Shown here: positions 12,843 to 28,423 of the stretch, piece after piece
Position numbering within the stretch: the stretch's first letter is position 1
Layout of the letters: every line of letters begins with the position of its first letter
Assembly (NCBI RefSeq): GCF_964355755.1
Contig: NC_092678.1
Location: 23,391,365-23,455,364 of the forward strand
DNA from: Antedon mediterranea
Taxonomy: Eukaryota; Animalia; Echinodermata
DNA: 64,000 nucleotides
Reading direction: 5' to 3'
Position numbers and translations under genes: made by a program
Notes under the pieces: model-generated
What the model was told of the DNA's origin: nothing
The model's input: only the letters and a program-made list of their open reading frames with translations
The model's database searches: none

Positions 12843-15397
12843 GCTTTATGATGTTCATGTTCCATGTGGTGGTGGTCGCAGGTCGCGGCAGGACACAGCG
12901 CGATACATGACGACGGTTAACGAAGGCGCTTTAGCTCAGACCTGGTTCTGATCCAGTTCTTTTAATTTTAGGTAAGAATAAGATCATTATATAATAATAT
13001 AGGTGGCCTAGAAGACTCTGGCACGCAAGATTTAGAACTAGGGTCCGATGACTGTGCTGCTATAGCTGCGGTGATGGATGTGGGACGTCGTATTGCTGCA
13101 TGCTGTGTGTCGGATGGGTTCCGAGAATGTGATGCTAGCTCTCTCCTCACGGAGGTATAATAACTCTCATCATTATTTTGAGCAAAATTAGTCTCAAAAT
13201 TCGCAAACTGTGGTTTAAATTCCGTGCAATATCAATGTTATTATTGATTATATTCAATAATATTGAAGTAAAATAGATACAGTATTAATTTATTAAATAA
13301 AAAATACTTCAATTCAATCATGGAGTAAAGAACATGATTCAATCATATTGCTCTTCTCAAAATATTTATGCCCAAACGGAGCTCTCAAATCACGTGATGA
13401 ATTGAAATGCAAGATGTTTTGTGTGTATGCTGTTTTCCCATATTCCTAACTAATTACAAAATGAAATATTGATTATTTCGTCTCTATGGTATTTTTGACT
13501 TTATATATTTATGCAAATATATGCACACAATGCAACAGGAAATGTCCCACCCGGGTCATGAAGGTCAAAAGTCGAAGCATGAAAATATGTGATGTAATCA
13601 CAGGTAAAGCTCGAGATTACGAACATAATCCAATAGGTTAATAAATAACTTAAATCTTTATATAATAACTTATTCATTTTTCTGGTACTATTATTATAAT
13701 TATTAACTGGTGTTTATTAATTATTAAATAGGCCTATTATAGTATTAATATTAACTTATAACTTGTTATTAATTTTCTTGTAGTCACTGCAGTAATACTG
13801 CAGTAACTACATTATATTTACTCTTCAACCTGTTTATGAAATTATTTAACAAGCTTGGGTAAACATAAGAATAATAAAGTGACTCATAAACATCTACATT
13901 GAATTAAACTAAATAATACAGCAGTAAAATGCAGTTACTGCAGTAACTGAGTAGTAGAATAATTTTGACATGATCCCTAGTAAATTAATATTACCTTAGT
14001 TTAGCACGGGAATAATTACTTTGTATTATATATGATAATCTATGTATAAATTATTTGAATGAAATCTGTTTTTTTTAAGGAAAATTAGAATAAAAACACA
14101 TAAAAATAAGTTATGAATTTGGATGTGGACAACTGTGTTAAGCTCACTATCAAACATTATGTGACAAAAAAAATGTGATGTGCCCATATATGGACATGAT
14201 GATGTCATATCACTACCATATTTGGGCACATCACACTATAGTTTGACAGTGTTGACATTACATGTCATTTGCCTGTTCTCTGGCCTTTTTCACTCACAAT
14301 TTACTTCCTTTAGTTCATGGTAATAATTTACATAAAATAGCTTTAGGATACACTCCTCCTCAACAACCTATCAGTTTTAAATCTTTGAACTTTCATTTTT
14401 AGTCATTTCTATTTAATATATATTATTTTTAGTTTTACTAACTGTCACTTTCGCTTTTATTGTATATTAACAATACTGCTGTATTGTACAATAGAAGGCT
14501 ATCTCCAAATGGTATAAAACACACAATGACATTTAAAGATGTATTGTCCCCCAAAAAACAACTAATAACTAATAAGCAAAAAGATACAAATATAGTATGT
14601 TAAAAATAAATTTATATATAGTTAGTTCTTTGAAAAGAACAGAGTGGAGTTGTGGCTTGGTGGTTATGATGCTTGGCTACCAATCTAAGGGTCCTGGGTT
14701 CAAGTCCTGTCATATGTCAGGGTTTTTTTCTCATGACAATTTACAACTCCACTCCCAAAGACTTAATAATAAGTCTTTGTTTATGTAGAGCATCTTGTGT
14801 ATATGTTTGTCTTGTGAAATTTTAAATAGTTTATCCATCCTGTAATTGGCGGGTTACTCGCTGTTGGATGAGTATGAAATAATAATATTGTTTGATTAAG
14901 AATTTTCACACGAGTACACTATGATAGGAGAAATTATTTCTTATTCTATATGAAGTATGGGCTTATTATATATAAATTATTAATAGGTGATCTAACATTG
15001 TATTGTGGTTACCTTTGATGTAAAATCATAATTATTTATACATCATTTACCATTCCATAATAGTTTAGATTTCACCATATAACCTCTTCAAGTAAACTGA
15101 GTTTAATTAACACTTCAAAAAATTACTGTTTTATAATATTATCTAAATAACTGTGTAGTATGTTTTCTAATATTTTATAATGTTTATTTATTTTCTAGTT
15201 TCAGTTTCAAGTTTAGATTTAAACAAAAGAAATCAAGCACTTACACAAGTTATATAAGTATGATAACAATCTAATATATTCATATTCAACATTTTTTTTA
15301 TTTATTTATTACATTAGAGAGAAATTAATGGCAGAATAAGCAGTGGAACTATTGTGAAGGAACTGAGAAGCTATATCTTTAAATTGTAACGCCACAT

Positions 15398-18184
15398 ATG
15401 GTAATGATGAAAATGACAGGTGGAACATTGCTTGGGATGTTTTGCATAATTCTGCATGTACAGGTGTCCAGTGCCACTCTGACTCCATGTAAGGAAGTAG
15501 ACTTTGTGTATAACTGTAGTCATCACTTGCTACAGGACGTACCAAAAGATCTTTCACCAACGATCAAATATTTAATTCTTTCGCATAACCAAATACTGAA
15601 AATAAGCGCCGACTCATTTGACGGACTACTGAATCTGATAACGATTGATGTATCGTACAACGATATTTCCAAGGTAGCTCCTGGTGCATTTAGTAAATTG
15701 CCTAAACTAGACACTCTGACCCTGAAGAAGACCCAGTTGAATAAACCGGAGCCTGGCATATTCCAAGGCCTCACCAAGCTGAGGTTTCTTGACTTCTCTC
15801 AAATACACCCACGATTGATTAAAATTCCTGATAATCTTTTTGAGGATTTGATCAGCTTAGAAGAGTTGAAACTTGATGGAAACTCGTTGACTTCTCTGAA
15901 TCTTGGCGACAACTGTGCTTTACCAACAACTAAAGTATTAAGTCTAGTTAACAATACGTTCACTAACTTATCAAATACAGATTTTAGTTGCTTTAAAAAT
16001 GCCAATTTAACTAGGTTATTACTTAGTGGTAATAAATTGGAGTACATCGAGAGAGAAGCATTTTCTCATTTTGATTCCATTCAGGTCTTAGATGTCTCTG
16101 GGGAAATACTTTATGGTGGGATTTCCCCGGGTAGCATTCAAAACCTTGCAATGGCGTTAGATGGTGTTAAACTACAAAGTCTTAGACTTGCACATCTACG
16201 TTTGGTAACACTCACTGACTTAATGTTTAAAGGCTTGCATAACTTGACTACTTTAGACCTGTCTAATAATTGGATTAAAACATTCGAAAGTGCTTGTTTC
16301 AGTTCTCTAGCTAACCTTACACGTTTAGACTTGTATAATAACAACATCACTAGGATTGAAAATCAAACATTTAGTGCGCTAACATCACTACAATTCTTAG
16401 ATATGGAAAAGAACAATGTTAGTGTGATTTTTAGCGGGTTCTTTGTTAGTCTAAGTAAAAGCAACATGTCGTATATTAACTTGAAACTGAATGGAGTTAA
16501 ACGGATAGAGCCTGGTGCATTTAAAGGTCTAACAAATTTAACCCAGCTGGAATTAGCCGAAAATCATATAAACCAGGAATTGACAGGGGATGAATTTGAC
16601 GGTTTAAATGAACTACAAATATTAAATATCGGCGCCAATACATACATCAACCTCAAATCAACAGCATTTTCAAAAGTTTTGAATTTAAAAATTCTTATTT
16701 TGAATAAAGTCCAGTTGAGATCTATCCGCTTACTAAAACCATCACCGTTTCAAGTTTTAAAAAACGTTGAAATTCTAGACTTAAGCAATAATAACATGAA
16801 CTATGTGTATGCTGATGTATTTTCTGGGATGACAAAACTTCAAAAACTTTACTTAAATCATAATAATTTGTACTTAATGTTAAAAACAGATGATCCAGTG
16901 TTTTTTCTGAATAACTTATCCAGTTTGTTACAGTTAGATCTCTCCAGTAATGGTGTTAGTAGTATTCATTCAAACACTTTCGTTGGGTTGACACGGCTAA
17001 TGTCTTTAAAACTAAGTCATAATAAGTTAATGAAACTGCCAAATAATCTGTTTAAACCGACAGCCGGTATAGAACACCTGGATCTTAGTAATAATAAGTT
17101 TAATATTTTTAACCAATCAATGTTTGATAAAATTCCACATCTGAAAACAATGGCTGCTGGGGGAACTAACCCTTTTGCTTGTACATGTGATTTAGAATGG
17201 TTCAGAAATTGGATTAATACTTCTCATGTTTCCATAGTTGATATCAATGAATGTATTTGCGATTCTCCTCCGTCTTATCGCGACAAACTTATCTTAAGCT
17301 TTCACCCAAGTGATCTGAATTGTGATCATATAATTCCATTCTATATCTGGATTATTTCTGGAAGTGTACTTCTAATTTTATTTGTGGTTGCTGGTGTTAT
17401 TTACAAAAAATGGTATTATTTAAAATATTGGTGTTTTGTAAGAAGTAGAAAACGTAGGCCTAATAAAAAATACCAGCGACTTAATCCATATACATATAAT
17501 GCATTTCTTTCTTATAGTAGTGTAAATGAAGACTGGGTTAAGACAATGATAGAAAAAATAGAAAATGAAGAAACAGGAATCAAACTATGTTTACATAAAA
17601 GAGATTTTATTGTTGGGAGGCCCATTATCTTGAATATTATTGATAGTATGGATGCAAGTTACCGTACAGTTTGTGTAATAACAAGGGCATTTCTGGAGAG
17701 CAACTGGTGTAGACAAGAACTTCAGTATGCACTGTTAAGTCTTTTTAATGAACGTAAAGACGATGTCATACTTATTTTTTTAGAAGAAATACCATCTAAA
17801 ATGTTAACAAAAGAGTTAAAGGTGCATCAATTTATTAAAAAATTTTGCAAAGACACCACATACCTTGAGTGGCCCAAAAATAAAGAAGAAATTCCTTTGT
17901 TTTGGGAAAAGCTAAAGGAGTCCATAACAATTGATTATATCAGGGAGCAACTCCCTGATGAAACTAGGGAGCAACTTCCTGCTAGGGAACAACTCCCTGA
18001 TGAAAATAGGGAGCAACTTCCTGCTAGGGAACAACTCCCTGATGAAAATAGGGAGCAACTTCCTGCCAGGGAGCAACTCCCTGATGAAATTAGGGAGCAA
18101 CTTCCTGCTAGGGAGCAACTCCCTGATGAAAATAGGGAGCAACTTCCTGCTAGGGAGCAACTCCCTGATGAAACTGTTTCCTAA
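15398..18184 (+). CDS. Toll-like receptor, TLR3-like (signal peptide, LRRNT, >20 LRRs, LRRCT, TM, TIR, repetitive tail), 928 aa, single coding exon
   Basis: LxxLxLxxN repeats, NPFACTCDLEWF LRRCT, TM IWIISGSVLLILFVVAGVIY, and TIR boxes YNAFLSYS / LCLHKRDFIVG / FWEKL. TLR3-like segments QELTGDEFDGL and PSPFQVLKNVEILDLSNNN...HNNL. The true start may be one of the next few Met codons. Confidence 0.95.
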   Translation: MVMMKMTGGTLLGMFCIILHVQVSSATLTPCKEVDFVYNCSHHLLQDVPKDLSPTIKYLILSHNQILKISADSFDGLLNLITIDVSYNDISKVAPGAFSKLPKLDTLTLKKTQLNKPEPGIFQGLTKLRFLDFSQIHPRLIKIPDNLFEDLISLEELKLDGNSLTSLNLGDNCALPTTKVLSLVNNTFTNLSNTDFSCFKNANLTRLLLSGNKLEYIEREAFSHFDSIQVLDVSGEILYGGISPGSIQNLAMALDGVKLQSLRLAHLRLVTLTDLMFKGLHNLTTLDLSNNWIKTFESACFSSLANLTRLDLYNNNITRIENQTFSALTSLQFLDMEKNNVSVIFSGFFVSLSKSNMSYINLKLNGVKRIEPGAFKGLTNLTQLELAENHINQELTGDEFDGLNELQILNIGANTYINLKSTAFSKVLNLKILILNKVQLRSIRLLKPSPFQVLKNVEILDLSNNNMNYVYADVFSGMTKLQKLYLNHNNLYLMLKTDDPVFFLNNLSSLLQLDLSSNGVSSIHSNTFVGLTRLMSLKLSHNKLMKLPNNLFKPTAGIEHLDLSNNKFNIFNQSMFDKIPHLKTMAAGGTNPFACTCDLEWFRNWINTSHVSIVDINECICDSPPSYRDKLILSFHPSDLNCDHIIPFYIWIISGSVLLILFVVAGVIYKKWYYLKYWCFVRSRKRRPNKKYQRLNPYTYNAFLSYSSVNEDWVKTMIEKIENEETGIKLCLHKRDFIVGRPIILNIIDSMDASYRTVCVITRAFLESNWCRQELQYALLSLFNERKDDVILIFLEEIPSKMLTKELKVHQFIKKFCKDTTYLEWPKNKEEIPLFWEKLKESITIDYIREQLPDETREQLPAREQLPDENREQLPAREQLPDENREQLPAREQLPDEIREQLPAREQLPDENREQLPAREQLPDETVS
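17942..18177 (+). repeat. Coding minisatellite, 42-bp unit (REQLPDE[N/T/I]REQLPA), about 5.5 copies
   Basis: Direct tandem repeat at the end of the TLR ORF. Confidence 0.95.
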
Positions 18185-18545
18185 ACATTGAATTACTATA
18201 TAGATTCTGTCTACACAATTAAACTAAAGAAAATATGCGAGGAGGAATACGGTAAATTAACATGAACGAACACTCACACTTGGGTCATAGCTTCCAATAT
18301 GTTCTACTCTCATTACACTAATGACCCTCTTTTTAGTACAGTAAAAGAAACGGTAAACTTTCCAGTACTACTTGTTCAGAAACTCTATTGTTAGTAAACT
18401 GTCATTGAGCTATCTAACATCTTCAGGTTTTTAACATTTATTTGCAGGAGTAATCTCAATATTACGTTTGATAAATACAGCAATTACGAACGTATAAGCT
18501 ATATATATTTTATTTCTTGTTTGAAGGTTTGCATGGCGAAATCAA

Positions 18546-18737
18546 ATGTTGATATAAGTTTGGAGTACACCACGTATATTAGTTCTGAAAAGAACTGATG
18601 AGTTTCGATCAATATGCTTTGTGTTTGACGAGGACGAGGTAGGAGGACGATCAAAGCATATTGATCGAAACATTGAGAAACTCAACAGTTTATTTCAGAA
18701 CTAACATACGTGGCGTACCGCAAACTTATATCAACAT
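18546..18737. repeat. Long imperfect inverted repeat (foldback), possibly derived from a Penelope-like element
   Basis: atgttgatataagtttg...gtttcgatcaatatgctttg pairs with caaagcatattgatcgaaac...caaacttatatcaacat. Arms are about 75 bp. Confidence 0.8.
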
Positions 18738-19877
18738 CAATATTTTATTTATATTGTACAGTATATATTTTCTTTAAAAAAGAACTACTGTATAATCAAA
18801 CAGCTCTGTACATGTTATGTATACCTCTCTGTCTCAACAAAGTTCCTCATTAATATTTTAGGTTTTTTATCTGCTACAGTAAAGTAGAATTGTTATATAG
18901 TGTGTGTGTGTGTGTATATTACTAATTGCAGCTGTAGGGTTCAACCAGGGTTAAACTTTATAAAAGTTCCTACTGTCATTGGCCTTTATTTCTAGTGTGT
19001 TAATAGAACATTGATATTTATGTTAAATTTAATTAAATTAATTTAATCAAATTAAATTACTATAAAATAGTAGTATTATTACAATAAAATAATTAAAAAT
19101 TAAAATAATTAAAGAGGAGATTGTGCTGTCATATATTTGTAAATAATAATACAAGCTTTTTCAAACATTTTATTGTAATTTTTAAAACTTTAGTAAATTG
19201 TATGAGAAAATCTGCGAGATTGATAATACAACTTTAATGTTGGCTTCAATTGTTATAGAAATTGATATTGTATTGTACAAGTTTTAACATTGTGAATGTT
19301 ATTTCTAATAATAGCAAGTTAGCTTTGTAATATACATACTTAATTTGAATGTTATTTTTAACACTGTTATTAATTATACAATCTAGATTTGTAATATATA
19401 TTTAGCTTTAATTGGAATGTTATTTTTAACACTGTTATTATAACAATTATAATACTGTATTAAGATATTGTATTGTACAAGTTTTAACATTTTAAATGTT
19501 ATTTCTGACATTGCTATAATAGCAAGTTAGTTTTGTAATATACGTACTTAGTTTGAATGTTATTTTTAACACTGGTATTATAGCAATCTAGACTTGCAAT
19601 AAACATTTACTTTTAATTTGAATGTTATTTTTAACACTATTATAGTCAATTTTAATGACCATTGTCATTTTGGTATTCATGTACGGGGTGCGGATTGGGT
19701 CAATTCATAATTAGGTTACAAATATGTCCCAAACGGTGCTCCATACATGGGCACACATTGTAGTAGAAGGTGAATGGTGTAATTAATACATTGAAAATTA
19801 ATAAAAGTAATTAAATGAAAATACAGTATTATCATTAGTATATTTGTGTGTACTGTCTTGTTTCATATTTGGTATTA

Positions 19878-20005
19878 AGCTCTGTCTACACTATCAAACT
19901 ATGATATCAAAAAATGTGATGTTCCCATGGACACGATGACATCGTATCACTTTTGCATCACACCTTTTTTGTCAAACTAGTTTTGTTGGTAGTGTAGACC
20001 GAGCT
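19878..20005. mobile_element. MITE family A copy with TTA target-site duplication
   Basis: TTA 19875-77 | AGCTCTGTCTACAC...GTGTAGACCGAGCT | TTA 20006-08. Confidence 0.85.
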
Positions 20006-20027
20006 TTAGAGTAATAAACAGTAGCAA

Positions 20028-20425
20028 TACTCAGGTATAAGCTCATACTCAGGTATAAGCTCATACTCAGGTATAAGCTCATACTCAGGTATAAGCTCAT
20101 ACCCAAATTCATATTTAATTTCACAAATAGAATACACAATGAATAATGGTCCTCAGATATAGGCCCACCTGCAATTCACAATGAATAATGGTCCTCAGAT
20201 ATAGGCCCACCTGCAATACACAATGAATAATGGTCCTCAGATATAGGCCCACCTGCAATTCACAATGGATAATGGTCCTCAGATATAGGCCCACCTGCAA
20301 TTCACAATGAATAATGGTCCTCAGATATAGGCCCACCTGCAATTCACAATGAATGGTCCTCAGATATAGGCCCACCTGCAATTTGGATCCATTTTCATAC
20401 AAGGTCCTCCATGGTCCTCAGATTC
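20028..20425. repeat. Two adjacent related minisatellites (18-bp x4, then 42-bp x~6)
   Basis: (ATACTCAGGTATAAGCTC)n at 20028-20102 and (CACAATGAATAATGGTCCTCAGATATAGGCCCACCTGCAATT)n at 20135-20380 share a CTCAGRTATARGCYCA core. Confidence 0.9.
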
Positions 20426-21088
20426 TCAATATGCCCAAGTGTGTGGTGGGTCTTAAGCTCAAACTGTATGCGATATACGGTCATATTATGGATAATATAT
20501 GGACATTATGATGTCATATCATTACCATATTTGGGCACAGTACACTTTTTTTTGTCAAACTAGTTTGATAGTGTAGACAGAGCTTGTTTTTTTTACATAA
20601 ACCCAAGTTGATGGTGAAATGGTACTGACAAAAACGGGCGAAATAAAAAAATGGTAGAACAGTGTTTTACTGAAAACGGTTTGACTTTAATTTGAAGAAT
20701 TAAACAAAGCATAAACACATCAACTGATTTGTAGACTTATGTACAACATATTTACAGTTATATACTAAATGGTAATAATTAAATTCATAAAAAAAAGGTG
20801 GGTTATGTAAATTGCAAATCAACATAGTCAACTTAATTACAAGAAAGTTAAAAATAATTTTTAAATTATTTTCATTTTAAATTATTCTATATATTAGTCT
20901 ACAGTAAGATTTAGATTGAAACAAAAATATTATAATGTATAGATTAATATCGACATTTCATCATGTCTTTGCATTGTAACATTTAGGAATAACTTCCAAC
21001 ATGTTTTAGTGATCAGAGATAGTAAGTAAAGTTACACTCAATTAAGTTGTGTTTAATTTTTATTATTCAGCAATGAGCAAGAACTTAA

Positions 21089-21488
21089 TTAATATTCGTA
21101 AAGTTTTGTTTGACGGACATCTTTCTCTTGGCACTCCCTCGTCTTGTTGTAGTAGTAGAAATAACCGTCTTTATTGGTTAACTTCTTGATGTAACCATTA
21201 TGCGGCCACCTTACAACCTACGGGGGAAAACAAATATATTTAGCAAATTGATTGTGATTGTGTGATATTAATTGGTGCAAGAAAGTTTGAATTTTATTTA
21301 GTTTTTAGTGATGAATTCCGGAGATAATTTGCAAGCATTTGGCCACTTACCTCTTTCTGAGAGCTTAAATATTCCGCTTCATCTCTGTAGCCAGCTAATT
21401 GAAATCTGTAGGCTTCCTCTACCTCTTCTGACCATGTCTTTGGTCGCCTCATAGACTTAGGTTTTGGGACTTCTACAGTTGCACTCAT
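21089..21488 (-). CDS. MEIG1: Meiosis-expressed gene 1 protein, 88 aa
   Basis: Exons 21488-21351 and 21217-21089 give ...[26 protein letters not shown]...[34 protein letters not shown]..., which matches the MEIG1 family. A non-coding first exon ends at the donor at 21896. Confidence 0.93.
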
Positions 21489-22027
21489 TTTAATATAATT
21501 TGTGTTTAATTACCCGATTATTCTGAAAAAAAAAATATTTTCTTATCAGTTAAGCCAAAAACTCTCTCTTGTCTTGGCTACTCGACAATCTGACTGACTG
21601 AAATGATTGATTGAATAAAAAAGAAATCAGTTCAACATTGACTGGCTACTACTAGGCCTAGCTAGGCCTAAGCCTACCTAGGAGTCTTGGCTAGGCCTAC
21701 TAGAACTCTCGACTATTCTAGCTCTAGTACTAGTAGGCTAGGCCTACTACATCTTTCTGCTCAGCCAGCCCTGTCGAACTCACTCTTCATTCACACAACA
21801 CCGATCTTTCGGCAGCCTTACTTAGGCCTAGCTAATAACAAAACCTAAACTGTTTGATAGTGATATGCCTAGTAGTACTAGTAGATAAAACTTACCTTTT
21901 ATGATCTTTCTTTACAAAGAACACTGCCTTTCTTCCGTATCGTAGAAAATAAACGGAATGAATGAAAAACTTGCTCACACACGTACACACACTCTACAAA
22001 CCGTCAATATGTTTTTTAATTGTGTTT

Positions 22028-22051
22028 TGTTTACAATTGTTGCCTAGATAC
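22028..22051. promoter_or_regulatory. Forkhead site plus RFX X-box-like element upstream of MEIG1
   Basis: TGTTTACA 22028-22035 lies next to GTTGCCTAGATAC 22039-22051. Confidence 0.55.
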
Positions 22052-23110
22052 TAAGTACACAATGCATGACGGGATAATTTAAAATCCAAATTCACGTAAA
22101 GGGATTGGTTGTTTTTATCACATAAAAGTAGGCGGGGCTACGAAAGTTTTATTTTTCTTTCAATTTAATTTCATGTATTTATTGTCTTTTTATCACCTTT
22201 CCAGTAGTGTCCGATTTTGGTAGACTTTTTGTATGTTTTTTATCGTAAAATTAACTTCAAGTTGAATAAAAAAAATCTCTTGTTGCAATTTCGTCTACTT
22301 TTGGGAGTTTACACTGTAGATTGACTGGACTAATGTCATTATTTCATGTCATTTATTTATTCGACATCAAAAATATCCTGGGACCCCAAAAACCCACAAA
22401 GTCATCATAACATGATATTTCTGGGGCCTCAACCACATAGAATTAACAGGAAAAATGAAGATTAATTAAATCAGACTTAATGAATAGGTTTTAATTAAGT
22501 TAATCACTTCCAGAGAGGTCTAATAAGCCGACTATTATATAAATATCATTGGTTTTCACTTATCAAAATGACATAAAATAAATGGTTAAATTCAACCAAA
22601 AACCCATTGTCTGGCAGCCAATTCTACTAATTTTTTTGCTTTAAATTACAGTTTTTTAAGGCAAATATATGCACTACTATTATTATAAAATGAAATATTA
22701 AAAAAAAAGTTATTTTACAAAATGATGTAATCTCTCGAGATCAAATTCACAAAACCTGTATTATGACAAGAGAGGGCGGACTACAGAAAAGTAGATGCAT
22801 CAGAGCCATCTCTTTCCTTCCTTTATGGCTCTTGGTTGGTAGCGATTGATGCACGTCGCAATATAATCAAAGAAGAATTTAAAAGAATAGAATAATTGAA
22901 TTGTTGGTTGGATCAATAATACAAAATGTTTTGTGTAAACTACTGAAAATGTAGGGCCTACACAGTATTCATGTTTATTAATTTTTTAATAGCGCCCTCA
23001 TAAAATGTTTTGAGCAAAAAACATCATCGATAAAAACATTGCATGATTAACAGTGCGATCGGAACGAGCGGGCTGTTTTTTGTTTTAGTTTGTCATTTAT
23101 CAAAACCAGG

Positions 23111-28423
<5,313 letters not shown>

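Noticed and set aside
18595-18690. Active hammerhead ribozyme (CTGATGA...GAAAC); similar words at ~38020-38055 and in the TLR tail repeat
   Set aside because: GAAAC is sequestered by pairing with GTTTC, stems I and III cannot form properly, and the other cores are degenerate or coincidental coding sequence.
20121-20402. 93-aa repetitive ORF, and alternative-frame ORFs 17912-18160 and 17931-18191
   Set aside because: These are by-products of 42-bp tandem repeats that lack stop codons.
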